In this document: positions 27,715-38,500 of the stretch, in pieces | Position numbering within the stretch: the stretch's first letter is position 1 | Layout: the number at the start of each line of letters is the position of its first letter | DNA from: a virus | Reading direction: 5' to 3' (one strand) | IMG/VR virus record: IMGVR_UViG_3300008012_000023 | Coordinates: 1 to 64,000 of that record | Length of the DNA: 64,000 nucleotides | Translations under genes and position numbers: made by a program | The notes under the pieces: model-generated | What the model was told of the DNA's origin: nothing | Database searches by the model: none | What the model saw: only the letters and a program-made list of their open reading frames with translations

Positions 27715-27743
27715 ATTATAACACTAATTATGGATTTTCTCAA
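27715..27743 (-). promoter_or_regulatory. sigma70-like promoter heading the tailoring operon
   Basis: Minus strand TTGAGA-17-TATAAT-6 nt-ATG(27708). Confidence 0.7.
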
Positions 27744-27755
27744 CCTGTGGAAAAA

Positions 27756-28742
27756 TTAATCTGCGTTGTTAGTTGTGTTGGAAACTGAAGCAACCACAAC
27801 ATTTGTATATACTGTTGAAAGTCCTTCTGCTGTTGTTGGATCCACTGTATGGAAAGCAAAATCAGTTGGGCCGATTGCCTCTTCCTCTACCGCAATACCA
27901 TCAACGTTGTTGGATGTGTAGTCAGCAGTGACGCCATCGTTCTGTAGTGCAGAACATTTTACCGTTACGACTTCACCGTTGTTGTTCCTGCCATCTGCGT
28001 GAGCAGTTGACACTTTCGCCTCTATCTTGATAGCGATGTTTCCTGAATATGTTCCTGAGTCTTCAGTCAGTTCTAAAAGTGTTGTGTAACTAGTACCCAA
28101 ATCGTAATAGCCATTTGCCAGACCGTTTGTTGTAACAGTTTCACCAGACCCTGATCTTGTTGACACTTTTGAACCAATGTCGAAATTTCCCAAGGCACTG
28201 ATCAAAGCACTCATTGATGTGTCTTTGGCTGTGCTGTTTGTTGCCGTGTTTGTTAATTTGATTCTAAGTTTACCACCTGCGTTGAAGAACCATCTTGCTT
28301 CATCTCCACCATCAAATGTGTAACTTGCCTCGACAACGTGTGATGTATCGAACGGTCCTGTTGCCGCTAATGAAAGATCTTCAGAACCTTCAGACACTGC
28401 TGTGGCGCTTGTAGATCCACCACCCACTGATGTGGACAATGTGGCTAGATCGGTTGCCAGTGCCGCAATGGCCTGTACCGTGTCGCCCGCTGATCTCTGT
28501 GCTGTTGAAGTTAAACTGTCGTTTGTGTGATTGGCAGTGTTGTCCATTGCCGTGAATAATGAATTCCATTGTGACGCAGTGATCGAGTCGCCGGCTGTGA
28601 CTGTGGCTACCGCAGTTTGTCCTAGTCCCTGGTCACCATCACCAGTTCCGATAATATGGTTGATGCCATATGGTGAACTTGAACTGTTCACAAAATTGTT
28701 GTATTCGTCATCTAGTATTGTGTCACCTGCTGTATATGCCAT
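27756..28742 (-). CDS. virion structural protein (tail/baseplate-associated)
   Basis: MAY start, Thr/Ser/Gly-rich, ITASQWN, ARWFFNAGGK; in tail module. Confidence 0.6.
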   Translation of the reverse strand: MAYTAGDTILDDEYNNFVNSSSSPYGINHIIGTGDGDQGLGQTAVATVTAGDSITASQWNSLFTAMDNTANHTNDSLTSTAQRSAGDTVQAIAALATDLATLSTSVGGGSTSATAVSEGSEDLSLAATGPFDTSHVVEASYTFDGGDEARWFFNAGGKLRIKLTNTATNSTAKDTSMSALISALGNFDIGSKVSTRSGSGETVTTNGLANGYYDLGTSYTTLLELTEDSGTYSGNIAIKIEAKVSTAHADGRNNNGEVVTVKCSALQNDGVTADYTSNNVDGIAVEEEAIGPTDFAFHTVDPTTAEGLSTVYTNVVVASVSNTTNNAD

Positions 28743-28746
28743 AAAT

Positions 28747-30306
28747 TTATTTAACTCCTATCACGCATTCGTGTAATTCTGTTTGTTGTGTGTATTTAGC
28801 CTTGAGCAACCTTCCTAGGGTGTTAAAAGCGGTACATTCCTCAAGATTTGCCACCATGGCTTCGCCATTTCCGGCGCTTACTAAACGGTCACCTGCTTTG
28901 CCCGTGCCTTTGATTTTGACCCTTACACGCCCTTTGAGTGCTATCATTGGATGTGAGTCATCATTTCCGGCGTCTTTGTTCATCAAAAATGCCGGTGCTT
29001 CGGACACCACGCCAAACACAGCGTCGTCTAATGCTTTGACGCATTTAGTAATTTCTTTATCACCGCCCAATATGACAACATCTCCCGCTTCAAGTGGCGT
29101 GTCAGTTTCGTATCTTTCTGCTAGGTCGGCATATTGTGCCGCTGTCGATGTTGCGTGAACTATGTTTGCTCTAATGTCCACCAATGTAGCGGCGGATAAT
29201 TCGTCATCACCACCACCTGATTTAAATGCTGTCCAGGCACCACCGGCGTTGCCGTAGATTGTGGTTCCGTCGTCTGCGAATGTTTCATCCCATACCCAGT
29301 ATAGATCCTGTTCAGTGGCAGATGACGTCCTACCTCTGTTTACTTTCATACCCGTGTAATTTGGCATTCCAGCCGCTGTTGAAATATTTCTGTTCAGTTC
29401 AATTATGTTATCTTCTATGGAAAGGTTTGAAGTGTTGACAGTTGTTGTTGTTCCCTGTACTTCTAGATTGCCTTTCACTTTGACTGTGCCGGTACCTGTG
29501 GGGTCTATTATTATGTCTCCACCACTGTTGATGTTTTGTAATGTGACGTCACTACCGCTTACGGTAATAGTGAAATCTGAACCAGCACCCACAGTCAATC
29601 CGGAGTCGTTCAATACTCCCAAACTACCTGTAGTGGTATCATTGGCATTTGACACCAAGAAACTGGCACTGCTGTTTCCACCAAGTGCATCTGAATCGGT
29701 TGATGTGCCTGTCAACTTGTTGGACGCCACCGCCGTTGATAAATTGATACCTTGACTTATCGTGGCAAATCCTGAAATTGCTGTACCTGGAGTGAATGCC
29801 TCTCCACTTACGATTGCCACCACCGTGTCGTTGGTTACAAATTTAAGTATGGATTTATTGACTCCAACATTGTCTGCGATTGTTTCGCTGACCACTTGTG
29901 TCACTCCCGAACCTGCCACTGTGGTTGGTCCTATCAGTGTCCATGCAGTTCCGTTGTAGACGTACAACTGGTTGTTGGTTGTGTCGAACCATGTGTCACC
30001 TGTGTTGGCATTTGTCGGGGACGTTGATGAATTAGTGCTGGAACCTACCGGTTTCCATTTTGATCCATTCCATACGTTGATTTGATTGGATAATGAATCA
30101 TACCACAACTGGCCTTTTTGTTTGTTTTGTGGTGACGAAGTGTTTGCGAAGTTTTCTAGTAATTTTACTAGGTTTTCATTAAGCCTTTCTCCAAAGCCGG
30201 CGTATCCTTTACCAAAAAGTGTAAGGTCTGTAGTGGTCGTGTCGATCGTGCCATCGGCCAAAGTGACCAGTGTTGTTCCAAAAGTGTTGTTAATGGTATA
30301 CGCCAT
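28747..30306 (-). CDS. tail fibre/baseplate protein with C-terminal peptidase G2-like autocleavage domain
   Basis: N-term GKGYAGFGE..ENLVKLLENFA..GQLWYD; C-term AQYADLAE..GVVSEAPAFLMN..ALKGRV. Confidence 0.7.
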   Translation of the reverse strand: MAYTINNTFGTTLVTLADGTIDTTTTDLTLFGKGYAGFGERLNENLVKLLENFANTSSPQNKQKGQLWYDSLSNQINVWNGSKWKPVGSSTNSSTSPTNANTGDTWFDTTNNQLYVYNGTAWTLIGPTTVAGSGVTQVVSETIADNVGVNKSILKFVTNDTVVAIVSGEAFTPGTAISGFATISQGINLSTAVASNKLTGTSTDSDALGGNSSASFLVSNANDTTTGSLGVLNDSGLTVGAGSDFTITVSGSDVTLQNINSGGDIIIDPTGTGTVKVKGNLEVQGTTTTVNTSNLSIEDNIIELNRNISTAAGMPNYTGMKVNRGRTSSATEQDLYWVWDETFADDGTTIYGNAGGAWTAFKSGGGDDELSAATLVDIRANIVHATSTAAQYADLAERYETDTPLEAGDVVILGGDKEITKCVKALDDAVFGVVSEAPAFLMNKDAGNDDSHPMIALKGRVRVKIKGTGKAGDRLVSAGNGEAMVANLEECTAFNTLGRLLKAKYTQQTELHECVIGVK

Positions 30307-30310
30307 AATA

Positions 30311-30490
30311 TTAGTTTGGTGCGTTATCTCTAACGTGCACCAAGAAACTTACATCTCCAAGTAATTTTATCAAAATTTCTGCTCTCTCAGGAGTCAACAT
30401 TTCATCCAATTCGGCAATCTCTTCCGAAGATAAAACAGATTGATAATTGGCATTTATGTAATCTGCCACGTTTTGTTTAGTTGTTGCCAT
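30311..30490 (-). CDS. 59-aa acidic protein (not in ORF track)
   Basis: MATTKQNVADYINANYQSVLSSEEIAELDEMLTPERAEILIKLLGDVSFLVHVRDNAPN*; AGGAG RBS, TAAATA upstream. Confidence 0.65.
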   Translation of the reverse strand: MATTKQNVADYINANYQSVLSSEEIAELDEMLTPERAEILIKLLGDVSFLVHVRDNAPN

Positions 30491-30510
30491 TCTTGCTCCT
30501 TTTTTACTAT

Positions 30511-31917
30511 TTAATTGATGTCGGGATCATAAATCTCCAACCATTTTCCAAATCTTTGTTCTACAAACGGTCTTACTATCACACCCACAGTCCAACAGAA
30601 ACTTTCACCAATCAATCTTGTGAAAATTCCCAAAATATCTCTCTTTTTCTTGACTCCCATGGCATATGCCAACTCGTTTGCTCTTGCTTGGGCCAATGCC
30701 CTTATAACTCTTATGACTAATTTACCAAATTTGCTGTTGTTTTTATCGGCTTTGGTCATGTAATTGACCAACGGCACTGCCCAGAACCAATATCCTATTT
30801 TGGTATTTCTTGAAATGTATTTCACACTGTACTCTGTGTCAACCCGCAGATCTTCTGCTGAGAACATTCCTTTGTTCTGTAACCAAGTACAGATCACACG
30901 TCCGCCACCACCACCGCCGCCACCTGATCCTGGTGTGCCCGAACTAGATCCGCCCGAAGAATCTCCAAACCCGGCCGCTGTTGATGTGAACGTTACTCCT
31001 GAATTGAACAATGCTTTCCATACTCCGCCGACCTTATAGTAGGCCGCTGTAATATTTTTCCATGCTCCGCTAACTTTGTATTTGATTGTGTTAATATTTT
31101 TCCAATCTCCTGAAACTTTATATTTTGCCTGTACACTGATGTTCAAAACAATTACCGCTTTTCCGTTACCGCCTGTGCTTCCAGCACTGCCACCCACCGC
31201 AATTCCTGATGAATAGAAACCAGATCCTGTTCCTGATGGTGTTGTTCCTGAACCTGCGGCTCCTGTTCCGCCTAATGGTACAAGGTTAGAACCCGAATAT
31301 CCTCCAGTACCTCCATTATCTCCTGAACCACCGTTACCGCCACGGCCTCCGTCATCACCGCCACCACCGGCACCACCACCTCCACCGTCACCGGTATGAT
31401 TGGCTCCGTTCTCTCCCAGTGTACCTGGAGAATTTGATGTTGCTGAATTGCTATTGATTCCGGCACTACCTGCTGAGTCACGACCGTCACCTGCACCACC
31501 GCCACCGCCCGCGGCAATGGCTATTTCGCCACCATTGATAGTGACAACAGTGGCTCCTCCGCCACCGCCTCCAGAACCTGATGATCCTCGAGGACCAGAT
31601 GTTCCACCTGCTCCGCCTGAATAACCTGTTAAACTTTTTCCGTTGCCTCCACCTGGTGCTGATCCTCCACCGGTACCTCCTGCTCCACCGCCGCCCACAG
31701 CGACTTTTAAAATTTTGCCTATATGAGAAGTCATGTCTATGCTGGTTGCTGTGACATATCCTCCAGAAGCACCGACACGACCAGGACCCCCTTGGTCACC
31801 ACCGCCACCGCCTCCGGCGCCACCCCAAAGGTGTACGTCCATAGAAGTAGTTCCTGGCGGAATTGTTAATACTTGAGTAGTACCTGTGTACGTGAAAGTT
31901 TTTGTAATGGTAGGCAT
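30511..31917 (-). CDS. glycine-rich tail fibre/adhesin-like protein
   Basis: FTYTG..LWGGAGGGG..VAVGGGG polyglycine domain, YKVSGxWK x3, C-terminal RVICTWL domain. Confidence 0.7.
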   Translation of the reverse strand: MPTITKTFTYTGTTQVLTIPPGTTSMDVHLWGGAGGGGGGDQGGPGRVGASGGYVTATSIDMTSHIGKILKVAVGGGGAGGTGGGSAPGGGNGKSLTGYSGGAGGTSGPRGSSGSGGGGGGATVVTINGGEIAIAAGGGGGAGDGRDSAGSAGINSNSATSNSPGTLGENGANHTGDGGGGGAGGGGDDGGRGGNGGSGDNGGTGGYSGSNLVPLGGTGAAGSGTTPSGTGSGFYSSGIAVGGSAGSTGGNGKAVIVLNISVQAKYKVSGDWKNINTIKYKVSGAWKNITAAYYKVGGVWKALFNSGVTFTSTAAGFGDSSGGSSSGTPGSGGGGGGGGRVICTWLQNKGMFSAEDLRVDTEYSVKYISRNTKIGYWFWAVPLVNYMTKADKNNSKFGKLVIRVIRALAQARANELAYAMGVKKKRDILGIFTRLIGESFCWTVGVIVRPFVEQRFGKWLEIYDPDIN

Positions 31918-31920
31918 TGG

Positions 31921-33360
31921 TTACGCCTCCCTAACGAACCAAAAGTCCCCATCGCTTCCGTCCCCAGATGTTGGTTCTGAAGTGGAAACGGTCTTAGCAG
32001 ATGAGCCCCATTTTGGTTGCTCACTGTTGATTAAGTTTACTACTGCGCCTGTTGTTGGTAAGTCTGTAACAGTAGTATTTGATGTTGTAATACTGCCAAC
32101 AGCCGGTAAGGTGAAATATGTTGCGGTAACTCTTCCATTTGAATCTGTTTTCAAAACTTTTTCTTTGTTAGAATCTCCGTCTGTTGTGGCATCCGACAAA
32201 GTTATGATTTGGGAGTATACTCCGTTTTCTCCTGCTACCCAATCGTTCTCTGATACGTCATAAAACAATCTAGCATCATCTGTGTCTGTAGTTTCAACAA
32301 TGATTCCAGCGTCTGCTTCCGAATTTCCTGAATTCAATTTAATGAAAGCATTTTCGATAAGATTGATTGCCGATGATAATTGTGTGTATTCTCCTGTTAC
32401 ACTCAAATTACCTGTAATTTTTACGTTACCTGTCACTTCTAATGGCACTGTAGGACTTGCTGTGAATATACCAATTCTAGAATTTGCCGCATCAATTTTG
32501 ATAGGTGTCACTGTTGATCCACCATCATTGACCGTGAAACTCAAATCTTTGTCTTGTCTAGTTTGTGCTATCGTGATATCTCCAGAACTTGCCGTAATTG
32601 TTAGTTCTTGTTCGTCACCTATTATTACACCAGCATCTGCGTCAACAGTGATCGCTCCCACTGTGGTCTGGGCAGTGTCTTTCCTCATGAAATTACCGCC
32701 TGCTATCACACTGGCACTGGTGTTTGACGTGCCAGAGATGTTTACGTTAGATGTTGTAGTTGTTGAACCACTGAATGTGGCACCTAGTGTTGAATTAAGA
32801 TTGAAACCAGCACCTATTGTGCTGAAACCTGTGATTGCCACTTGAGGAGTAAAAGATTCTTTAGATAGGATCGCTGTCCTTGTGTTGGCCACATACATTG
32901 ATGAAATAACTTTGGCATTACCGCCCGAGTCATTTATGGATTCTATTTTCCAACCTGAGAGTGTTTGGCCTTTTGTGTAGACCGGACCCACTAACACCCA
33001 GGCAGAGCCTGTGTAAATGTATACCTGATCGTCATCTGTGTCGTGCCATATGTCACCGGCACTAGGTGATGTTGGTTGTGCTGACTGAGATTTAGCACCT
33101 CCGGTTGGTTTGAAACTTGTGCCATCGTATACCTTCAACTGAAGAGTCGAGGTGTCGAACCATAATTCTCCATCCAACGGAGCAGTAGGTGCCGAACTTG
33201 ATGCTGAATTTTCTAGTAACTTGACGAGGTTTTCGTTTAGGCCTTCACCAAATCCCGAATATGATTTTCCGAACAACTGTAAAGAAGTGGTGTTATCCAC
33301 TGTACCATCAGTGATTGTGGTGATTGCTGTGCCTCTTGTGTTGTTAATTACGTACGCCAT
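31921..33360 (-). CDS. tail fibre/baseplate protein (paralog family)
   Basis: Same N-terminal module (GKSYSGFGE..LLENSA..GELWFD); ends PTSGDGSDGDFWF. Confidence 0.7.
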   Translation of the reverse strand: MAYVINNTRGTAITTITDGTVDNTTSLQLFGKSYSGFGEGLNENLVKLLENSASSSAPTAPLDGELWFDTSTLQLKVYDGTSFKPTGGAKSQSAQPTSPSAGDIWHDTDDDQVYIYTGSAWVLVGPVYTKGQTLSGWKIESINDSGGNAKVISSMYVANTRTAILSKESFTPQVAITGFSTIGAGFNLNSTLGATFSGSTTTTSNVNISGTSNTSASVIAGGNFMRKDTAQTTVGAITVDADAGVIIGDEQELTITASSGDITIAQTRQDKDLSFTVNDGGSTVTPIKIDAANSRIGIFTASPTVPLEVTGNVKITGNLSVTGEYTQLSSAINLIENAFIKLNSGNSEADAGIIVETTDTDDARLFYDVSENDWVAGENGVYSQIITLSDATTDGDSNKEKVLKTDSNGRVTATYFTLPAVGSITTSNTTVTDLPTTGAVVNLINSEQPKWGSSAKTVSTSEPTSGDGSDGDFWFVREA

Positions 33361-33370
33361 ATACCTATAT

Positions 33371-34855
33371 TTAGTGTTTTCCTACAGATACGAAGATCAC
33401 GCCCTGACCCGCAGATTTGTGGTTTTCCATAGCCTTGCCAATAATAGATCCAAGTTTTGGTTCTATTGCCTTTTTGGCGTGGCCCGCATTGTTGCCACTG
33501 GTTGTTAATAAATCTCCTTTTTCGATCATACCTTCCACTTTACAAGGCACTTTTCCCACAAGTGCGACAGCAACACCTTCTGACTTATCATTCATTAGGT
33601 AGGCTGGATTTGTGGAAACGATCCCCGCCACTCTTGTATCATTTGCGAAGTTGGATATCATGATTTCTTTTGGTCCTCCGAATATCACAACAGTGCCGGG
33701 CTGATAAGGATAATCAGATTTATAAATCTCTGCCAAGTCAGCGTACTGTGCCGATGTTGCCTTGGCGTAGACAGTGTTGTAACCCAATAAACTTGTTCCT
33801 ATATCATACGTGGCGTCTGCCGCTGGTTTGATATCTTTTGATGTCAATGTGCTGTTCATCGACAATGTGTTCAAAGTGCTGGCTCCTGTGGTATCTGTTA
33901 CTGCACCCGACAATGGTCCTGAAAATGCCGTTGCTCTTACTGTACCCGAGACATCAACTTTTGTGGCAGGACTTGTGGTACCAATACCAATTCTTGACGA
34001 GGCTCCGTCCAGTGTCATCACAGTGGTCGTCGTGCCACCGTCGTTTACTTTGAATGTAATATCACCGTCACTGATAACGTTTTGTATCACCACTCCCGAA
34101 CCGTCCACAGTGACCTTTAGATCATTGTCCGCACCAACTGTTAGACCAGAGTCGTTTACAATACCTAAAGTACCAGTGGTGGTATCATTTGCATTAGATC
34201 TTAGATAGTTTGCCGCGGCGACACCACCTAACTTGTCCGAGTCAGTGGCTGTTCCGGCAAATTTCAAATCTGCTATTGCCGTAGAAAGTGTAATTCCTTT
34301 TGTGATGGAAGCAAATCCAGATATGGCAGATTTTGGTGTGAATGAATCTTCAGAAATTATTGCTATTAAATTTCCATCATTGTACCATTTTGTTATATTT
34401 TGATCTGCGTCTGTGGAATCCTTGATAGTTTCGTATATAAATCCGTTGTTTGTTCCTGTGGATGCCGGTGGGCCCACTAATATATTATTTGTTCCGTTGT
34501 AAAAATATAATTGTCCAGTGTCTGAATCGATCCAAATATCTCCAGCCTGTTGATTGGACGGAGCCGTAGACTGATACCTAGCACCTCCCAATGGATTGAA
34601 TGTTGAACCGTTGTATACCTTGATCCTGTTATCTGCCGAGTCATACCATAACTGTCCGATAATTGGTTTGCTAGGTGCTGATGTGTTGGCAAAGTTTTCT
34701 AAGAGATGCAGAAAGTTTTCGGCAATTACTTCTCCATATCCTGCATAACCTTTACCCACAAGGCTTAGATCGGTTTGTGTGTTGATCACATTGTCTTGTA
34801 CCGTGTACTGGTTTGGTGATGCCGATGAGTTTGTTTTGTTTACTGTGTATGCCAT
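33371..34855 (-). CDS. tail fibre/baseplate protein with C-terminal peptidase G2-like domain
   Basis: Paralog N-terminus; RIGIGTTSP; ATSAQYADLAE..PAYLMN..VALVGKVPCKV. Confidence 0.7.
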   Translation of the reverse strand: MAYTVNKTNSSASPNQYTVQDNVINTQTDLSLVGKGYAGYGEVIAENFLHLLENFANTSAPSKPIIGQLWYDSADNRIKVYNGSTFNPLGGARYQSTAPSNQQAGDIWIDSDTGQLYFYNGTNNILVGPPASTGTNNGFIYETIKDSTDADQNITKWYNDGNLIAIISEDSFTPKSAISGFASITKGITLSTAIADLKFAGTATDSDKLGGVAAANYLRSNANDTTTGTLGIVNDSGLTVGADNDLKVTVDGSGVVIQNVISDGDITFKVNDGGTTTTVMTLDGASSRIGIGTTSPATKVDVSGTVRATAFSGPLSGAVTDTTGASTLNTLSMNSTLTSKDIKPAADATYDIGTSLLGYNTVYAKATSAQYADLAEIYKSDYPYQPGTVVIFGGPKEIMISNFANDTRVAGIVSTNPAYLMNDKSEGVAVALVGKVPCKVEGMIEKGDLLTTSGNNAGHAKKAIEPKLGSIIGKAMENHKSAGQGVIFVSVGKH

Positions 34856-34860
34856 CTAGT

Positions 34861-35520
34861 CTATTCCGTAAATGTTGTCAAACTTTGTATTCTTATTGTG
34901 TAATCTATCTGTATCAATCTGTTCAATGATTTCTGCACCGGATGGAATATCACGTGTGTCAACAATTTGTTTGTTGTGCCATTTTCCGTTCCTTCCCAAC
35001 TCTTCAAACCCAGTTCGTCAAATACATAGTCGCCATTGAAATTTGTCGTGTTATCAAATGCCGCTTGTCCTGTTGGTTCTCCATAATCCAAAGTACAGGT
35101 TACAACAATGTCTGTATATTTGTTGCCGGCTGTGTGCCTCACTTCCATTTTGTTACGTGAGGTATCTTTATTTGTTGCCGAGTTATCATCAATTACTTTG
35201 TAATATGATTGATTATATAAAGTTGCGTTTGTTCCTGTAGAGTTTGGTGTGAGGTATGTTATTATACCTGTGGGATCAACAGTTGTGCCTCCATTTCCAA
35301 AAGCCATTTCGTGAATAAATCCTGTTGATTTATTGGCCAGGCTGTTTGCTAACGCTGTACTCATGTTTTCGTAATGAATAGCGTTCCTTTTATCTACCAG
35401 TACCTCTCCCGACTCAGGATCCCAAATTTTAATGTGTCCCTGCATCATGACTCCGTTTTCTTCTCTCATCGAATCTTTTGAATCTTTTTGTTTTTCGTTG
35501 TTATCTGACTTTTCTTGCAT
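34861..35520 (-). CDS. virion structural protein
   Basis: GHIKIWDPE..KRNAIHYENMS..MAFGNGG..FDELGL..LLTHVIFHPVQKS; start likely 35520. Confidence 0.6.
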   Translation of the reverse strand: MQEKSDNNEKQKDSKDSMREENGVMMQGHIKIWDPESGEVLVDKRNAIHYENMSTALANSLANKSTGFIHEMAFGNGGTTVDPTGIITYLTPNSTGTNATLYNQSYYKVIDDNSATNKDTSRNKMEVRHTAGNKYTDIVVTCTLDYGEPTGQAAFDNTTNFNGDYVFDELGLKSWEGTENGTTNKLLTHVIFHPVQKSLNRLIQIDYTIRIQSLTTFTE

Positions 35521-35530
35521 CTCGTTGTAT

Positions 35531-38500
35531 TTATTCAGGTGCATTTGTTGGTTCTCCTGCTATGAATCTGGCTTGGTAGGTATTGGCTTTTTGTAGTCCT
35601 TTACCATTTGCGGCAGTGGAAACACCAGCATCATACCAAACTGATCCTGTTTTTTGTATTATTTTTATTTGTACTCCCGAAGCAGGAGGTGTTATCAATG
35701 TTACATTTGCTGTGGATCCATCAACTATGTAGTTTACTGTGCTACCGTCCTCGCTTGTGAGCAACAATCGTTGGCCACCAATGAATATGTCTAACTCACT
35801 AGCGGAAGACGGAGCCGTAGTTGTGGCAAATGAAACTGTACTACCATCACCTGTATATGTTTTAGATGATATCGTATCAGCATAAGGCACCGTTTGTTGT
35901 CCAGATGCGTCTACCACGTCTGCGCCACTGGCGTGTACCTTAATTCCTGTTCCCAATGTACCACGTCTCAGTTGTCCAAGAGTGTTACCTGTTTTTGAGA
36001 AATATTCTATTCTTTCTTTGTCGACAAAAATTACGCCAGGCATATTTGCGGAAACATTTGGTTGTCCTAGTATTGTTCCGTCCTCCACCGTGATCGTGGT
36101 GCTGTCAACAAGAAGATCTTGTGTCAATTTTGTTGTGTGTGTTTTGCTAATTCTTTTATAGAATGTCCTGTTCAACATATCTTTGAATATCCTGAATCCT
36201 GTGGCACCCGTGTTGCTCTCGATAGCGAAATACATCACATCCAATCTATCAGATGTCGTTATGGTCTTGCCAAAAATTGTTATCTTGTTGTTTTCAATAG
36301 TGTAATCATTATTGGCAACTAAAAGTTCTTGATTCAGTGCCACGTATGTGTAATCACTGTTGAACGGATCTGCTGAAAGATAAAATTCTCCATTTGTTCT
36401 GCCTTCGAGCACCTCTCGCCTTTGCCTCATTCCAAAAGCATTATTGAATGTGGTGACCACAAACTTGTCTCCCTGACTCAATGAGATAGAGTCCGATGAA
36501 ATTTGTGAGGTATCTATGACTAGATCGGATCCTGTGACTGTGTAGTGCTTGTCAACTTTTGTTGCTATAACAATAATGTCGCCAGATGCTGGCGCCAAAA
36601 CAAAACTCACATTTTGCTGTGCGATATCAACAGTGTAATCTGTGTTGAGTAATTGTTTGCTTCCATTTTTATAAACTTCTATCTGGCTATTTGAAGTTAT
36701 TGTCTTGGCAGGATCCACTGTACTGCCATCACTTAACATAGTAGACACTCCGTAGGTGAATGTTGCTGTACTGCCATCACCTGAATAATAGGTGTTATCT
36801 GGACCTCTCAATAACGAACCGTTCAGTTCTACCAATGTAAGGCCTGCGTATGGACCAATAGCGCCGGCAGGATACGTCAAAGGATAAGTCAATGTAGAAC
36901 CGTCATACTCAATTTCTTGTGTTCTAACTTCCGCGTATGCTCTGCTTGTTGAATCTTGATTGAAGCCTGCTACCTGTATACTGTCACCTGAAGCAGGTGC
37001 TGATGTAAAAGACACAGTAATTTTTTTGTTCGATTCTGATGTTGTGTAGTCAGTACTAACTGTTTGAGGTACTCCATTTTTTGTAACATACAGAGTAGGT
37101 AATGCACTGTCTAATTGATATGTGTCTCGAGATGCTGTTTCAAAATCAGTTGTTGATCCATCACCTGTAAATTCATTTAACACAACATAATTTGATCCTG
37201 ATACAGCAAAACTTCTAACGTTGATCACAGCACCAGTCACCGGAGTGGTTGTTAATGTTATTGTTTCATTTTCAACATCTACAGTAAAATCAGTGTTCAA
37301 TGTTTGAATTGTATTGTTCACTGTTACAAAAACACCCGCTGATGTTCCGGGTTTTTGTCCAATGCTAAATGTAATAGTGCTGTCATCACCAAAATAAGTT
37401 TTATTGACTATGAACGGCACACCCGAAAGAGGTGTTGTATAAACTTTTATGTCCAGAGTATCAAATATTGAACCAGGAACGTTCTCTTCTGGAGCAAAAC
37501 TTGTTTCTGGCGTGACGAAGGCATCGCCTTCTACAATTATGTCCGATGGACTTTGACCTAACACACTGCTGAAAAGACCTCCAGATAATTGAGTGTCAAG
37601 AGTCCTGTCATCTGTTGGTGTCAATACTTTATCATCATCAAATGGAATGAATTCGACTTTAACACCATTGCCTGGTGCAGAACTCAATGTAAATGAAGTT
37701 GTTGTTCCGTCACCTCTGAAAACTTCGCTGGTCTGTCTTGTTCCATCAAAGTACACTGTGTAAACTTCTGTGGTTGCTGGTGCGGTGTCAAAACTGAATG
37801 TTACTGTTGATCCATCGCCGTAGAATGTTTTGCTTCTGCTGGTTCCATAATTGTCCCATGGGTTTTCATACCAGTTCGATTTATCCCACCCTTGGTCATT
37901 AGTGAAGTCTAGTCCAGTGACCATCACTCCGCCATAATCTATTCCTTTCATCAACTGTGAAAGTTCGTTGCCTGGCATTTCTGTTGTTGGTGTGTAAAGT
38001 CCTAGTGTTCTTTCAGTTGCCGTGATATAACTTTCGTCACCACGTAATTTCTGCACACTTCCTTCGTTATCGTCGAAGTCCGTGGTTGAGGTGAATCTGT
38101 TCGTGGCACGGTAAAGTTCGTTGTTGAATCTAATCAATGTTCCATACTCGTAAACCGTATCGCTTGTCCAGTCAAGGACCGTGGCAGTTTTGCTGATCCT
38201 ATCAAATTTGATTGTTGTCTGTATGTCTCTGACCTTGGCATTTCCTAATCTTACAGATGCCTTGGCCTGGTTTGTTGGTGTGCTTCCGCCACTCTCGCCG
38301 CCTGTTATCAACACAGTTGGTGTGCTGGTATATCCCGATCCCGCATTGGTCACCGAAATACTTTTGACACTGCCATCACTGACTACTGCTGTTGCTGTGG
38401 CTCCTGATCCACCTCCACCGGTTATTGTCACAGTCGGAGTCTGTGTGTAACCAGATCCGGCATTTGTAATAACTACCGATTGAACAAATCTTTTATAGTT

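Noticed and set aside
30890-31830. CCA/CCG-rich DNA as a tandem repeat element
   Set aside because: Simply polyglycine codons on the minus strand
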